Of a stretch of DNA of 64,000 nt, positions 18,362 through 29,300 are shown one piece after another. The stretch lies in NCBI GenBank assembly GCA_041651155.1, contig JBAZJU010000005.1:2653-66652 (forward strand), given 5' to 3'. Numbering within the stretch: position 1 is the first letter of the stretch; each line of letters opens with the position of its first letter. The notes below the pieces were generated by a model that was not told the DNA's origin, made no database searches, and saw only the letters and a list, made by a program, of their open reading frames with translations. This DNA is from Patescibacteria group bacterium (GTDB lineage: Bacteria; Patescibacteriota; Patescibacteriia; CAIXNZ01). A program made the position numbers and the translations under genes.

Positions 18362-19858
18362 ATGAATTACTCAAAGATATTTTTTTATTCCTGTCTATTT
18401 TTTATTATCGGTGTCTTTGTCCACTCAGTATTGTCCATTGAGGCTTTTGTGATTTATTTAATTCTACTTGTTTCAATCTTATTTTTAATTTTAAGCTTTA
18501 AAAATAAATATTTTTTAGTGCTTGGTTTGTGGGGGCTTTTTTTGTTTTTAGGACTCTGGCGTTACCAGCTTTCTTTACCGCAAAAAAATCCAGGTCAGAT
18601 TTTTTATTATAATGGCCAGGAAGTTCAGATTAGGGGTTTTATTGATAAGGAACCTGACCAGAGGGAAGACAAGGTAAAACTGGAATTAAAAAGCCAAGAA
18701 ATTTTTCTCAGCAATTCTTGGCAAAAAGTATCAGGAAAAATTTTGGTCACTAATTATTTGTATCCCGAATATAGTTATGGCGACAGACTGGAGTTTACTT
18801 GTAATTTATTAAGCCCGGAGAATGTCCAGGGTTTTGCTTATGATGATTATTTAGCGCGCTATGATATTTATTCAACCTGTTATAATCCCAAGATAACTTT
18901 GCTAGCTAAAGGTCAGGGCAATTTTGCCTTGTCTGAGATTTTAAAGTTAAAGAGTTTTTTTATTGCCAGGCTGAATTATGTTTTGCCTGAGCCTCAGTCC
19001 TCATTTTTAGCCGGGCTTTTGATTGGCGCCAAAAGGGCAATTCCCGGGGATTTACAGACAGCTTTTAGTAAAACAGGAACCACGCATGTTGTGGCAGTGT
19101 CTGGCTATAATGTGACAATTATTGCTGTTTTTTTAATGCTCATCTTCCAGAATTTAGGTCTGGGCAGAAAGAAATCCTTTTGGTTGATTATTGGTTTTTT
19201 AATTTTCTTTGCTATCATGACTGGATTGCAATCCTCCTGTATTAGGGCGGCTATTATGGGAGGCGTAGTTTTACTGGCAAATTATTTGGGCAGGTTAAGT
19301 AAAATTAGAAATGTTTTAGTTTTAACTGCAGTTATAATGATTGCCTTAAATCCCAAGATTTTAGTTTTTGATCTGGGTTTTCAGCTCTCGTTTTTAGCAA
19401 CGTTAGGCTTAGTTTATTTGAATCCAATATTACTACAAATATTAAAAATTAAAAATTTAAAATTATCCGCCAGAGGCGGAAAAATTGTAAAATTGATTTT
19501 CGGCGATTTTTTGTTGACAACTTTATCAGCAATTATTATGACCCAGCCCATAATTTTATATAACTATGGCAAAATTTCTTTAATTGCGCCTGTGGCAAAT
19601 ATTTTGATCTTGCCTTTTGTGCCTCTAGCCATGCTTTTAGGCTTTTTAACTGGAATTTTAGCCATGGTCTGGACTGGATTGGGCTGGGTGGCTGGCTGGA
19701 GCGTTTGGCTGGTTTTAACCTATATTATCTGGATTTTGGAACATTTGGCTAAATTGAATTGGGCGTATTTTGAATTGCCGAAAATTAGTGTTTGGGTCAT
19801 GCTGATTTTTTACGCAATAATTATTGGTTCTATTTGGAGATTTAAAAAATCAGTTTAA
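18362..19858 (+). CDS. comEC: ComEC/Rec2 competence membrane channel (OB + Competence domains)
   Basis: TGTTHVVAVSGYNV, SCIRAAIM, GFQLSFLAT, multiple TMs. Confidence 0.93.
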   Translation: MNYSKIFFYSCLFFIIGVFVHSVLSIEAFVIYLILLVSILFLILSFKNKYFLVLGLWGLFLFLGLWRYQLSLPQKNPGQIFYYNGQEVQIRGFIDKEPDQREDKVKLELKSQEIFLSNSWQKVSGKILVTNYLYPEYSYGDRLEFTCNLLSPENVQGFAYDDYLARYDIYSTCYNPKITLLAKGQGNFALSEILKLKSFFIARLNYVLPEPQSSFLAGLLIGAKRAIPGDLQTAFSKTGTTHVVAVSGYNVTIIAVFLMLIFQNLGLGRKKSFWLIIGFLIFFAIMTGLQSSCIRAAIMGGVVLLANYLGRLSKIRNVLVLTAVIMIALNPKILVFDLGFQLSFLATLGLVYLNPILLQILKIKNLKLSARGGKIVKLIFGDFLLTTLSAIIMTQPIILYNYGKISLIAPVANILILPFVPLAMLLGFLTGILAMVWTGLGWVAGWSVWLVLTYIIWILEHLAKLNWAYFELPKISVWVMLIFYAIIIGSIWRFKKSV

Positions 19859-19929
19859 GCTTTAAAATTAAGACATGTTTTTATTTAGAGAAATATTAAT
19901 TCGCCCAGATTAAATGATATAATATAATC

Positions 19930-20802
19930 ATGGAAAGATATTTAAGAAAAATAACCAAAATTTTAGGCAGCGCCTTGCTGATTGTTTTTTTATTAATTGC
20001 TTTTACTGCCCATTCGCAGAGCCAGAGGCAGAATCTGGAAATTGATTATCTGGATGTCGGCCAGGGCGATGCGATTTTAATAAAAACTCCTTATCAACAA
20101 AACATTTTAATTGATGGCGGGCCTGATAATAAAGTTTTAGCTGCTTTGGGCAAAAATTTGGCTTTTTATGATAAAGATATTGACCTGGTTATTTTAACTC
20201 ACCCTCACACCGACCATGTTATTGGCTTAATTGAAATTTTACGGCGTTACAATGTTAAAAAAGTTTTACTGACTGAAATTAAAAATAATTCCCCGCCTTA
20301 TTTAGCTTTTTTAGAGGAAATTAAAAAACAAAACATAATTGCAGAAAAAGCTGACAAGCCCCAGGATATTATTTTAGGCCAGGATCTGGATTTGAAAATT
20401 TTATATCCGTTTAATGATATTAGCTCAAAGAATTTTGAGGATTTAAATAATTCTTCAATCATAGTAAAATTAATTTACAAAAATAATTCCTTCTTATTTA
20501 CCGGTGATGCGGGCTTTCCTGAGGAACAGGATTTATTGGCCAGTAAAGTGGATTTAACTGCCAATGTCTTGAAAGTCGGCCATCATGGCAGTAAATATTC
20601 AACGAGCCAGGAGTTTTTAGCAGCGATTCAGCCGCAAGACGCCATAATTGAAGTAGGCGCAAATAATTCTTATGGCCATCCGAATTTGGCAACTATCAAT
20701 AGATTAGAAAAAAATAATATTAAAATTCTTAGAACTGATTTAAGCGGGACAATAGCAATTATTAGTGATGGGCAGAATATTAAAATAAAAGCCGAGAGAT
20801 AG
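19930..20802 (+). CDS. ComEC-associated metallo-beta-lactamase fold nuclease (split comEC)
   Basis: LDVGQGDA, THPHTDH, FTGDA, KVGHHGS, YGHP. Confidence 0.92.
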   Translation: MERYLRKITKILGSALLIVFLLIAFTAHSQSQRQNLEIDYLDVGQGDAILIKTPYQQNILIDGGPDNKVLAALGKNLAFYDKDIDLVILTHPHTDHVIGLIEILRRYNVKKVLLTEIKNNSPPYLAFLEEIKKQNIIAEKADKPQDIILGQDLDLKILYPFNDISSKNFEDLNNSSIIVKLIYKNNSFLFTGDAGFPEEQDLLASKVDLTANVLKVGHHGSKYSTSQEFLAAIQPQDAIIEVGANNSYGHPNLATINRLEKNNIKILRTDLSGTIAIISDGQNIKIKAER

Positions 20803-20811
20803 AACTCTCGG

Positions 20812-21147
20812 CTAAAGGCTGTTGTCTAAATGGTAAGTTTCCAGAAAAATTTGTTTTTTGATCTTGGAAACTTGAGACCCTGTATTTAGGGGTCTGCCAT
20901 TTAAATCAATTAGCACAAAAGAAATATGATCTTTTTCCACATTTTCTATTTTGACTCTCTTGATGTAAATAGAGGGGATGCTAGGGTGCGGGAAAAAGGT
21001 GCCTTGAAAAAAACGTTCTGGCATTTTGGCTTGTTTAAATAAACCGCCATGTTCATCTGAAACATCCAGAATAACAAAGTCTTTTTCTTTGGCTTTTATT
21101 TGGGCAGTTTGGGCCCAAATATCGCCTGAAATTGGGGCTCCAAACAT
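20812..21147 (-). CDS. Hypothetical protein
   Basis: 111-aa ORF, AAGGAGG RBS. Confidence 0.65.
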   Translation of the reverse strand: MFGAPISGDIWAQTAQIKAKEKDFVILDVSDEHGGLFKQAKMPERFFQGTFFPHPSIPSIYIKRVKIENVEKDHISFVLIDLNGRPLNTGSQVSKIKKQIFLETYHLDNSL

Positions 21148-21266
21148 ATTGTCCTCCTTTTTTGAGATTTAGTTGTAATTTAACAGAAAAAAATAATGGC
21201 GTCAAATACTTGAAAAGATATTATTTTTTTGCTAAAATGATTATATCTAATATTTAAAAAATTTAT

Positions 21267-21851
21267 ATGGAAAAGACTTTAGTTATTATTAAGCCAGATG
21301 GGGTGCAGAGAAATTTAATAGGGGAAATTATCAGCCGGTTTGAAAGAAGCGGCTTAAAATTAGCGGCCACGAAATTAGTGCGCGCTGATGACAAAATGGT
21401 AGAAAAACATTATACCATTGATCCTGAATGGGTAAAAAAAGTCGGGGTCAAAGCCATTGAATCTTACAAAGAAAAAGGCTTAACCCCGCCTAATGACGAC
21501 CCGATCGCTGTCGGCAAAGATGTCCTAAATCGTTTAAAAGATTTTATGACTGCCGGTCCAGTTTTAGCCATGGTTTGGGAAGGCAATGAAGCAGTATCTT
21601 TGGTGCGCAAGATTTGCGGCTCAACTGAACCATTTAGCGCAGCCATTGGCACAATCAGGGGTGATTATAACCCGATTGAAACTTACCAAATGGCTGATTT
21701 GGCTAATCGCGCTATCAGAAATCTGGTTCATGCCTCGGGTACGTCTGCCGAAGCAGCCCAAGAAATAAAGATCTGGTTTAAAAAAGAAGAAATTTTGGAT
21801 TATAATTTGGCTCGAGATACTATATTATACGATTATACCTGGAAAATTTGA
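21267..21851 (+). CDS. ndk: Nucleoside diphosphate kinase
   Basis: EKTLVIIKPDGVQR, GTIRGDY, NLVHASG. Confidence 0.96.
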   Translation: MEKTLVIIKPDGVQRNLIGEIISRFERSGLKLAATKLVRADDKMVEKHYTIDPEWVKKVGVKAIESYKEKGLTPPNDDPIAVGKDVLNRLKDFMTAGPVLAMVWEGNEAVSLVRKICGSTEPFSAAIGTIRGDYNPIETYQMADLANRAIRNLVHASGTSAEAAQEIKIWFKKEEILDYNLARDTILYDYTWKI

Positions 21852-21965
21852 TTTGATGCGAGAGGACAAATGACTGGCTATAAAAAATTTTATCTTTTTA
21901 ATTAAAATTTGCAAATTATAATAAAAATGTCTATAATCGTAGTATAAACGTTTAATTGAAATTTT

Positions 21966-22268
21966 ATGGCTAAAATTAACTTAGAATTTAAGCTTCCAGT
22001 CTCTATTTTACGCGAAGGCAAGCAGTATATAGCCTATACGCCTGCTTTGGATTTATCTACCTCGGGGAAAACTTATAAAGAAGCTAAAAAGAGATTTGAA
22101 GAAATTGTTAATATTTTTTTTGAAGAACTTATTAAAAAAGGAACTGTAGATGAGGTTTTACAAGATTTAGGATGGAAAAGAGTTCTCTCAAAATGGAATC
22201 CGCCTATTGTAATTTCTCAAGAATCGCAATCAATAAGTATTCCCATGTCCAGTTTATGCCACGCTTAA
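21966..22268 (+). CDS. hicB: HicB-like antitoxin
   Basis: YIAYTPALDLSTSGKTYKEA; overlaps the downstream HicA-like gene. Confidence 0.8.
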   Translation: MAKINLEFKLPVSILREGKQYIAYTPALDLSTSGKTYKEAKKRFEEIVNIFFEELIKKGTVDEVLQDLGWKRVLSKWNPPIVISQESQSISIPMSSLCHA

Positions 22269-22486
22269 CTCCAATACATTGGAAAATTTTTGAAAAGTTT
22301 ATTTTGTTTGTTGGCTGCAATTTCTCCAGGGAAAAAGGAGACCATAGGGTTTATAGCCGCGATGGATTAAAAAGGCCTGTAGTTATTCCGCGCAGCGGAG
22401 ATTTGCCCGTTTTTATTATCAGGAATAATTTGCGAGTTTTAAATATTAGTCCAGATGAATATCTGGAGATATTAAAACAATTATAA
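22256..22486 (+). CDS. hicA: HicA family mRNA interferase toxin
   Basis: MPRLTP...REKGDH...VVIP, 76 aa; internal ATG at 22256 is in frame with the track ORF. Confidence 0.85.
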   Translation: MPRLTPIHWKIFEKFILFVGCNFSREKGDHRVYSRDGLKRPVVIPRSGDLPVFIIRNNLRVLNISPDEYLEILKQL

Positions 22487-22495
22487 GGTTTAATT

Positions 22496-22603
22496 ATGAC
22501 AACCACCAAAGCAATACAACTGCAGAAAATTGATTTAAGAACCAATTTATTAGGCTTATTGCTTTTATTAAGCTGCTTTTTGGTGGTTAGACTTTTTAGA
22601 TAA
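22496..22603 (+). CDS. 35-aa hydrophobic peptide
   Basis: MTTTKAIQLQKIDLRTNLLGLLLLLSCFLVVRLFR, followed by a terminator; below the ORF-track cutoff. Confidence 0.4.
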   Translation: MTTTKAIQLQKIDLRTNLLGLLLLLSCFLVVRLFR

Positions 22604-22631
22604 CAAATTTACATAGATTGTAAATTAAACT

Positions 22632-22656
22632 AACCGCCAAAAGGCGGTTGGTTTTT
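22632..22656 (+). terminator. Intrinsic terminator
   Basis: aaccgcc-aaaa-ggcggtt then T run. Confidence 0.65.
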
Positions 22657-22700
22657 ATTTAGTCCTTTAAACTAAAAAACCATAAACGAGGAGGGCAACG

Positions 22701-22886
22701 ATGGACGTAATCAGAGTACAGGAATTTCCCCAGAAAAAGGTCTGTAAAAAATGCAAAGCAGATTGGAATGAAAAAAAGAATGCAGATGGCCAGTGCCAAA
22801 TCTGCGGCTCAACTGAAAGCAAATGGGCTCATTATGACCCTGAAACCAAAGAAATAGTGGTAATGCCGAGATTAGTTGGGCTTTAA
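22701..22886 (+). CDS. Small zinc-ribbon protein
   Basis: CKKC...CQIC; GAGGAGG RBS. Confidence 0.7.
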   Translation: MDVIRVQEFPQKKVCKKCKADWNEKKNADGQCQICGSTESKWAHYDPETKEIVVMPRLVGL

Positions 22887-22992
22887 GGCTATGTCGGGCG
22901 GGTTAAGCTATTTTAACCCGCCCTAAATTTTGCTATTTTAAAAAAATAAGGTAAAATTAAAACAGGAGCAAACAAAAAGAGGAGGAATTAGC

Positions 22993-23205
22993 ATGGCAAA
23001 AGAAGGTGATGAAGCAGAAGTATTTTTCATAAGCCAGGGCCGTAAATTAGTAGAAGGTTTTTATGCTTATAGCAAGGAGGCAAAAGCCCTGCAAAGAAAA
23101 ATTGGATGTTCAGATGTCCGCAGAGGGGCAAGGATTTTTCGCTTGGAGGATATAAATGAGCGATTAATTCCCACGCTTCAGCGCAGGTTGGATGATTTAG
23201 TATAG
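22993..23205 (+). CDS. Small hypothetical protein
   Basis: 70 aa; AGGAGG RBS; terminator agaccc...gggtct-tttttt downstream. Confidence 0.65.
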   Translation: MAKEGDEAEVFFISQGRKLVEGFYAYSKEAKALQRKIGCSDVRRGARIFRLEDINERLIPTLQRRLDDLV

Positions 23206-23316
23206 CGATCCCTTATTATTAGACCCTCGGTCGGGGGTCTTTTTTTAACTTTCTTTTAATATTTTAATAATCGTATTTTATGCTATAATTTAAGCATAAC
23301 TCTTAATTCCAAAATC

Positions 23317-26300
23317 ATGCTTAATCTAAAATCAAAGAGCTCTGTTTTTTTATCCAAGCTAACCATGTCCGCGTTAGTTTTTTTGTTTATTTTTACTTCA
23401 AGCCCAGGTTTGGCTTTGGCAGCTGAAGAAGCTGTAAGCCCTGAAGCGCCTGCTGACACAAGTGCTTCAGCTGGATCTACTGATACTTCCACACCAACAA
23501 CTGACACAACAACCCCCACACCAGCAGAAGCGCCAGCTGATCAGGCGAGTTTGGATGGAGCTAAAGCTGATACAGAATCGCAAGATCAGGGCATGGATAC
23601 TTTGACTGAAGAGGAAGATCCTGAAAATAGCCCAGAAACAAAAAAAGCCGCTGAGAATAAATTTAATCTTGAGACCGATGGTTCTACTGGTGCTTTAATT
23701 TATACTTTTCCTTTAACTATTCCGCCGGGTAGAAATAATTTACAGCCTGATTTGAAATTAGTTTATAACAACCAAAATAACGATAACACTAATATTATTG
23801 GTTATGGCTGGTCTCTAAATATCCCTTATATTGAAAGACAACCTAAAATAGGCGTAAATAATCTTTATGATGAAAATTATTTTACTTCTTCTCTATCTGG
23901 TGAATTAGAAGATATTAGTTTGACCGATGGCCATCATGGCACCTATGGCTCAAAAGTTGAAAATGGCGATTTTTTAAACTACGAATTTAATGCGAATAAT
24001 TATTGGGTTGTCACAGATAAAAAGGGAACATTCTATAGGTTTGGTTATAATTCAGGCGCTCGCCAAGATGATCCGAATGACAGCTCTCATGCTTTCAAGT
24101 GGATGCTGGAAGAAGTACGAGACACAAATAACAATTACATTAAATATGAATATTATAAAGATGCAGGCCAGATATATCCAGCTGATATTAAATATACTGG
24201 CTATAATACAACCGATGGCATTTTTGAAATAGATTTTTTAAGAGAATCAAGGAATGACGACCTGGCTTCTTTTAAAACAGGGTTTGAAGTGACTACCAGT
24301 TATCGCATAAATGAAATTCAAGCAAAAATTAATGGCACCTGGGTCAAGAAATATCAATTAGATTATTCTTCTGGTGATAATGGAGTTCGTTCAATGTTAA
24401 ATACAATTACTGAAACTGGCCAGGATGAGCAGAGTAATACTATTACTTTGCCGACCAATGATTTTACATATCAAACTAAAACAAAAAGCTGGACAGAGGA
24501 TACGAACTATATAATCCCAGAAACTTTTGTCACCAATTCCTTCCGTGATTTTGGCACACGTATACTAGACATAAATGGTGATGGACTGCCGGATATAATT
24601 CGTAGCCAATGTCTCTATAATGGAAATTCATATAAAAAAGTTTATATAAATCAAGGCGACGGCACCGGGTGGGTAGAGGATACTAATTATACTATACCTG
24701 TCTGTTTCGTTAGTTCCGGCGGTTATGATACAGGAGCACGGCTGGCTGATATTAATGGCGATGGGTTTGTAGATATTCTTTATGCCTATAGACAATATGA
24801 TGGTTCAATATATAGCAAAGTTTACTTAAATCAAAACGATGGTACAGGTTGGGAAGAAGATACAAATTGGAGCATACCAGTTGATTTTTGTGGCGGGGGG
24901 CATGGCTCGGCCGCTAGATTGAGTGATGTAGATGGTGATGGTCTTGTAGATATTTTATCTTCCCAGTTGGATTATTACCAGCAAATAGTAGATCATGTAT
25001 ATATTAATAAAGGCGACGGTACTGGCTGGCAAGAAGACACAAATTATACAATACCAGAAAGCTTTGTTACTTATTCTTTGCACGATATGGGGACTCGTAT
25101 AATTGATGTAAATGGAGATGGGTTACCTGATATCCTTCGTTCTCAGCAGGGTGTTTCAGGAAATCCAGATATTAGGCATGTGTATATAAATAAGGGGGAT
25201 GGAACCGGTTGGGCAGAAGATACTAATTATACGTTACCTGAAAATTTTGTGACATATTCAGGATATGATTTTGGGGTGCGTACAGCAGATATAAATGGCG
25301 ATGGCCTAGAGGATATTATACGTGCACAAGATGGTATCTCTGGATATCCAGATATTAGGCATGTATATATTAATAATGGTGATGGCACTGGCTGGACAGA
25401 AGACACAAACTATACAATTCCCGAAAATTTTGCCGTAACGTCTTGTTTTGGGAATGGTACACAAATAATCGATATAAATGGTGATGATTTAGCTGATATT
25501 ATACGTGCACAAGATGGTATTCCCGGATATAGTATCCCTGATATAAAAGAGGTTTACATCTCAAATCCCCATAACGCAGATTTGTTATCACAAATTACCC
25601 AAAGCAGGGGTGGGCAGAGTAGTGTAGAATACAAAGGTTCTCCCCAATATTTAGACCTTTCTGTTAATTTATTAAATCCGCATTTACAGAAAATTATACA
25701 GACCGTCTCTCAAATAGAATATGATGATGGCCTGAATAACACATGGACTGAAAGTTATCAATACGCTGACGGCTTGTATTACTTTTCTGATTATCTTAAC
25801 CGCAAGTTGGCTGGTTTTGGCAAGGTGACGAAAACTGACGGAGAGGGCAATGTAACCAAGACCTATTTTCACCAGGGCAATGACAGTGATTCAAGCCATG
25901 GCGAGTATTCTGATGATGTTTCAAAAATTGGTAAGGTTTATCGGACTGAAAGTTATGACGACAGCGATAACTTGTATTCCAAAACCATAAACAAATGGGA
26001 AAATTATGATTTGGGGAATGACCAGGATTTTGTGAAATTAACCCAGACAATTGCTTCCAGTTATGACGGTAATACCAGCCATAAAGATAAGGCAGAAACC
26101 TATACTTATGATAATGCGAATGGAAATCTAACAGAGAAAATAACCTGGGGCGAGGTTACTGGTTCTGATAACGGCACCTTTACAGACACCGGTTCTGATA
26201 AATACACAACTGATATTGATTATGCCGCCACAACAGGCAGCGCGGTTATTGGCTCACCTTCCCATGAAACAACAATTGACCAGAGCTCAAATAAAATTAA

Positions 26301-29300
26301 GGAAACAAAATATTATTATGATACTTTAAGTTTGGGTTCAGTTGGGGCAGGCAATTTAACCAAGCAGGAAATGTGGAAATCAGGCACAAGTTATATCAAT
26401 GCCCAGAAAACTTACAATTCTTATGGCTTGGTGACTGAAGAAACAGATCCACGGGGCAAAACCACTGATTATACATATGATACTTATAACCTTTATCCTG
26501 CGAGTGTTACGAATGCTTTAAGTCAAACTAGCAGTTATGCTTATGATTATTCTTCAGGCAAGCCGACTCAGGTTACAGACCCTAATAGCCGGGTATTTCA
26601 GACTGTTTATGATGCCCTGGATAGGGTTAAGCAGGAAAAACAGCCTGATTTAACTACGCCAAGCACTTTGGTTGTGAAATCAGAATATACTTATACTGAT
26701 AATACTGTGCCAACTAAAGTCCAGCAGGCAAATAATCTGGATTCCTCAACTAGTTTTGATATTTATACTTATTTAGACGGGTTTGGCAGGAAAATTCAGG
26801 AAAGAAAAGAGGCTGAGGACACAAATACTTTTAGTGTTAAAGATTTTGTTTACAATGATCTGGGCCTGATTGAAAAAGAATCATTGCCGTATTTTTCGTC
26901 TGGTTCAAGCAGAACAACTGCCACAACTGACACTTCTCTTTATACCAATTATACTTACGACCCATTGCAAAGAGTTTTAACAGCAATTAACGCGGTTGGC
27001 ACAACATCCAATACTTATGATGACTGGAAACTGACAATCACTGACGCTGAAAGCAATGTTAAAGATTTATATAAAGATGCCTATGATAATTTGATCCAGG
27101 TTGACGAGCATAATGACAGCAACACCTATTCTACTTATTATGAATGGAATGGCTTGTCTAATTTGACCAAAATAACAGATTCGCAGGATAATGTCAGGAA
27201 TTTTACTTATGATGGCTTGGGCAGAAGATTAACAGCTGAAGATTTGCATGACACGTCTGATTCATATTTTGGCGCTTGGACTTACAGCTATGATGATTCA
27301 GGCAATTTAACCTCTCGTTTAGACCCCAAGAGCCAGACAGTCAACTGGACTTATGATGATCTTAACCGCGTCTTGACTGAAGATTACACTGGCCAAACCG
27401 GCACAGAAATAACTTATGCTTATGACACTGGCACTGACGGGATTGGCAGATTATATACTGCGACAACTCCGGATGTTGTCACGACTTATGCTTATAATGC
27501 TTTAGGCGGGGTTAAAACAGAGAATAAGAATATTAATTCTGCTGATTATTTGACAGAATACGAATATGACCGCCAGGGGAACCAGACTTTGATAACCTAT
27601 CCCAATGACATTGAAGTAAAATACAATTACAACACGGCCGGGCTTTTAGAAGAAGTTGAAGCTAAAGCATCAGGCGATCCAAGCTATACTGATTTAGTTA
27701 GCGATTATGATTATTCGCCATTGGAGCAGGTTGCTTATCAGGAAGATGCTAATGGTGTTAAAACATATAATACTTATGATGCTGCAGAATTGTATCGGTT
27801 AAAGGAAAAGATTACGGCTAGTGTTGACGAAGGTGGTTTTGAAGATCTTTATAATATAGCTATGGCTGGTGGGGCTGGAAACGGTAGTAAGTCCTACGAA
27901 ATTACGAATCCGTATGAATATACGAATAGTTCCTCAGTGAGCTTGCCTGGGATAACTGATAATCCGGTTGTTCAGGGTTTGGGTTCCATTGTCAAAGCAG
28001 CCCTCGCCCCCCTTGTCATTCAGAGTGAGCCATTGAAAATGGCGAGCGAAGAATCCTTTACTTCAAATAATCCCTTTTCAGCTGCCTTTGACTTGGGTAA
28101 CAATGCGAATACTGCGAATGTTGTTAAGGGTTTAGGCTTAATTGTTAAAGCAGCCCTTTCACCCACCTCTGTCATTCTGAACGGCAGTGAAGAATCTGTT
28201 ACCACCCCTTCTGCTTATTCAGCTGCTTTTGATTTGGGTAATAATGCGAATGCTACGAATGATATTAAGGTTGAACCTAAACTAGACCTCTGGGGCAAGC
28301 CAGTTGATTACAAACTACCCAAAGACAAAACCATTTATCTTAAATACGACAAAGAAGCCAAGCCCGGGGAACTGCCAAAGGAAGCCATTGAATTTCTTGA
28401 TAAGTCTGGCAGTAAAATTAATTCTCCGGAATTAAAATCCATTTATCCTCAAGAAGCGATTGATTATTTTAATTCAGGGCCAAAATCAATTACCGGCAGT
28501 TTGTCGGGCGCAGGCGCGTCATTAAGCAAAAATGATTTTCATATGGCTCTGACCGGCACAATGCCCAATCCTTCAACTAATTTGAATTCAGAAAGCAAAT
28601 GGACAACAGAAAATATTATTTACAACCAGGGGTTTGAAGACGGGTTTAACAGCTGGACCTGGCAGAATAATTTAGACGCCACTCGCCAGGAAGATTGCAC
28701 TGTTTCTTACGCAGGCGATTGTTCAGAAAAGGCGATTGTTAATACTGCCGGTTCATTTTGGCAAGTGCAATTATCCCAGATTTTACGGCTTGATCAGGAT
28801 ACAAATTACAAATTGCGCTTTAAAGCTAAAGCGTCAACTGCCACCACTTTTAGCTTTGACGCTGAAGAAAACCACAGCCCATATAATCTGCTTGGCTTAT
28901 GGGCAAGCAATGTTGCGATTGGCACTGACTGGACAACTTATGAATATTCTTTCACTGCCTTGGCCAATGATCAAAACGCCAAAATAACATTTCACCTGGG
29001 CGCAAATTCAGCCACTTACTGGTTTGATGAAATTGAACTCATACCTGATACGTTTAACAAAATCAAAAATCCCAGTTTTGAAAACAGCGCTGCTTACTGG
29101 GGCTTTACCAGTTTTGGCGGAGGCTATGGCGCAGGCACCAACAGCATTGATTGCGGTTCTCCGGTTGAAGGCAGCTGTGATGACAATGTTGACATCACTG
29201 TCACCGGCAATTACTGGGAAGTGAGCTTGTCCCAGCCCACTGCTTTGGACAGTACCAAGACCTATGAATTATCTTTTTACGCCCGCACTGATTCCCCATA

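Noticed and set aside
18121-18365. Two short ORFs over the GC-rich palindromes; likewise 48298..48507 and 51029..51226
   Set aside because: Open frames arise from palindromic or low-complexity repeats
21267-21851. Alternative genetic code (UGA=Gly, code 25)
   Set aside because: Long conserved genes are intact under code 11 and TGA ends ndk, trxA and the M50 protease at expected lengths
24490-25560. CRISPR-like periodicity
   Set aside because: These are degenerate in-frame protein repeats, not identical DNA repeats with unique spacers; no cas genes in the window
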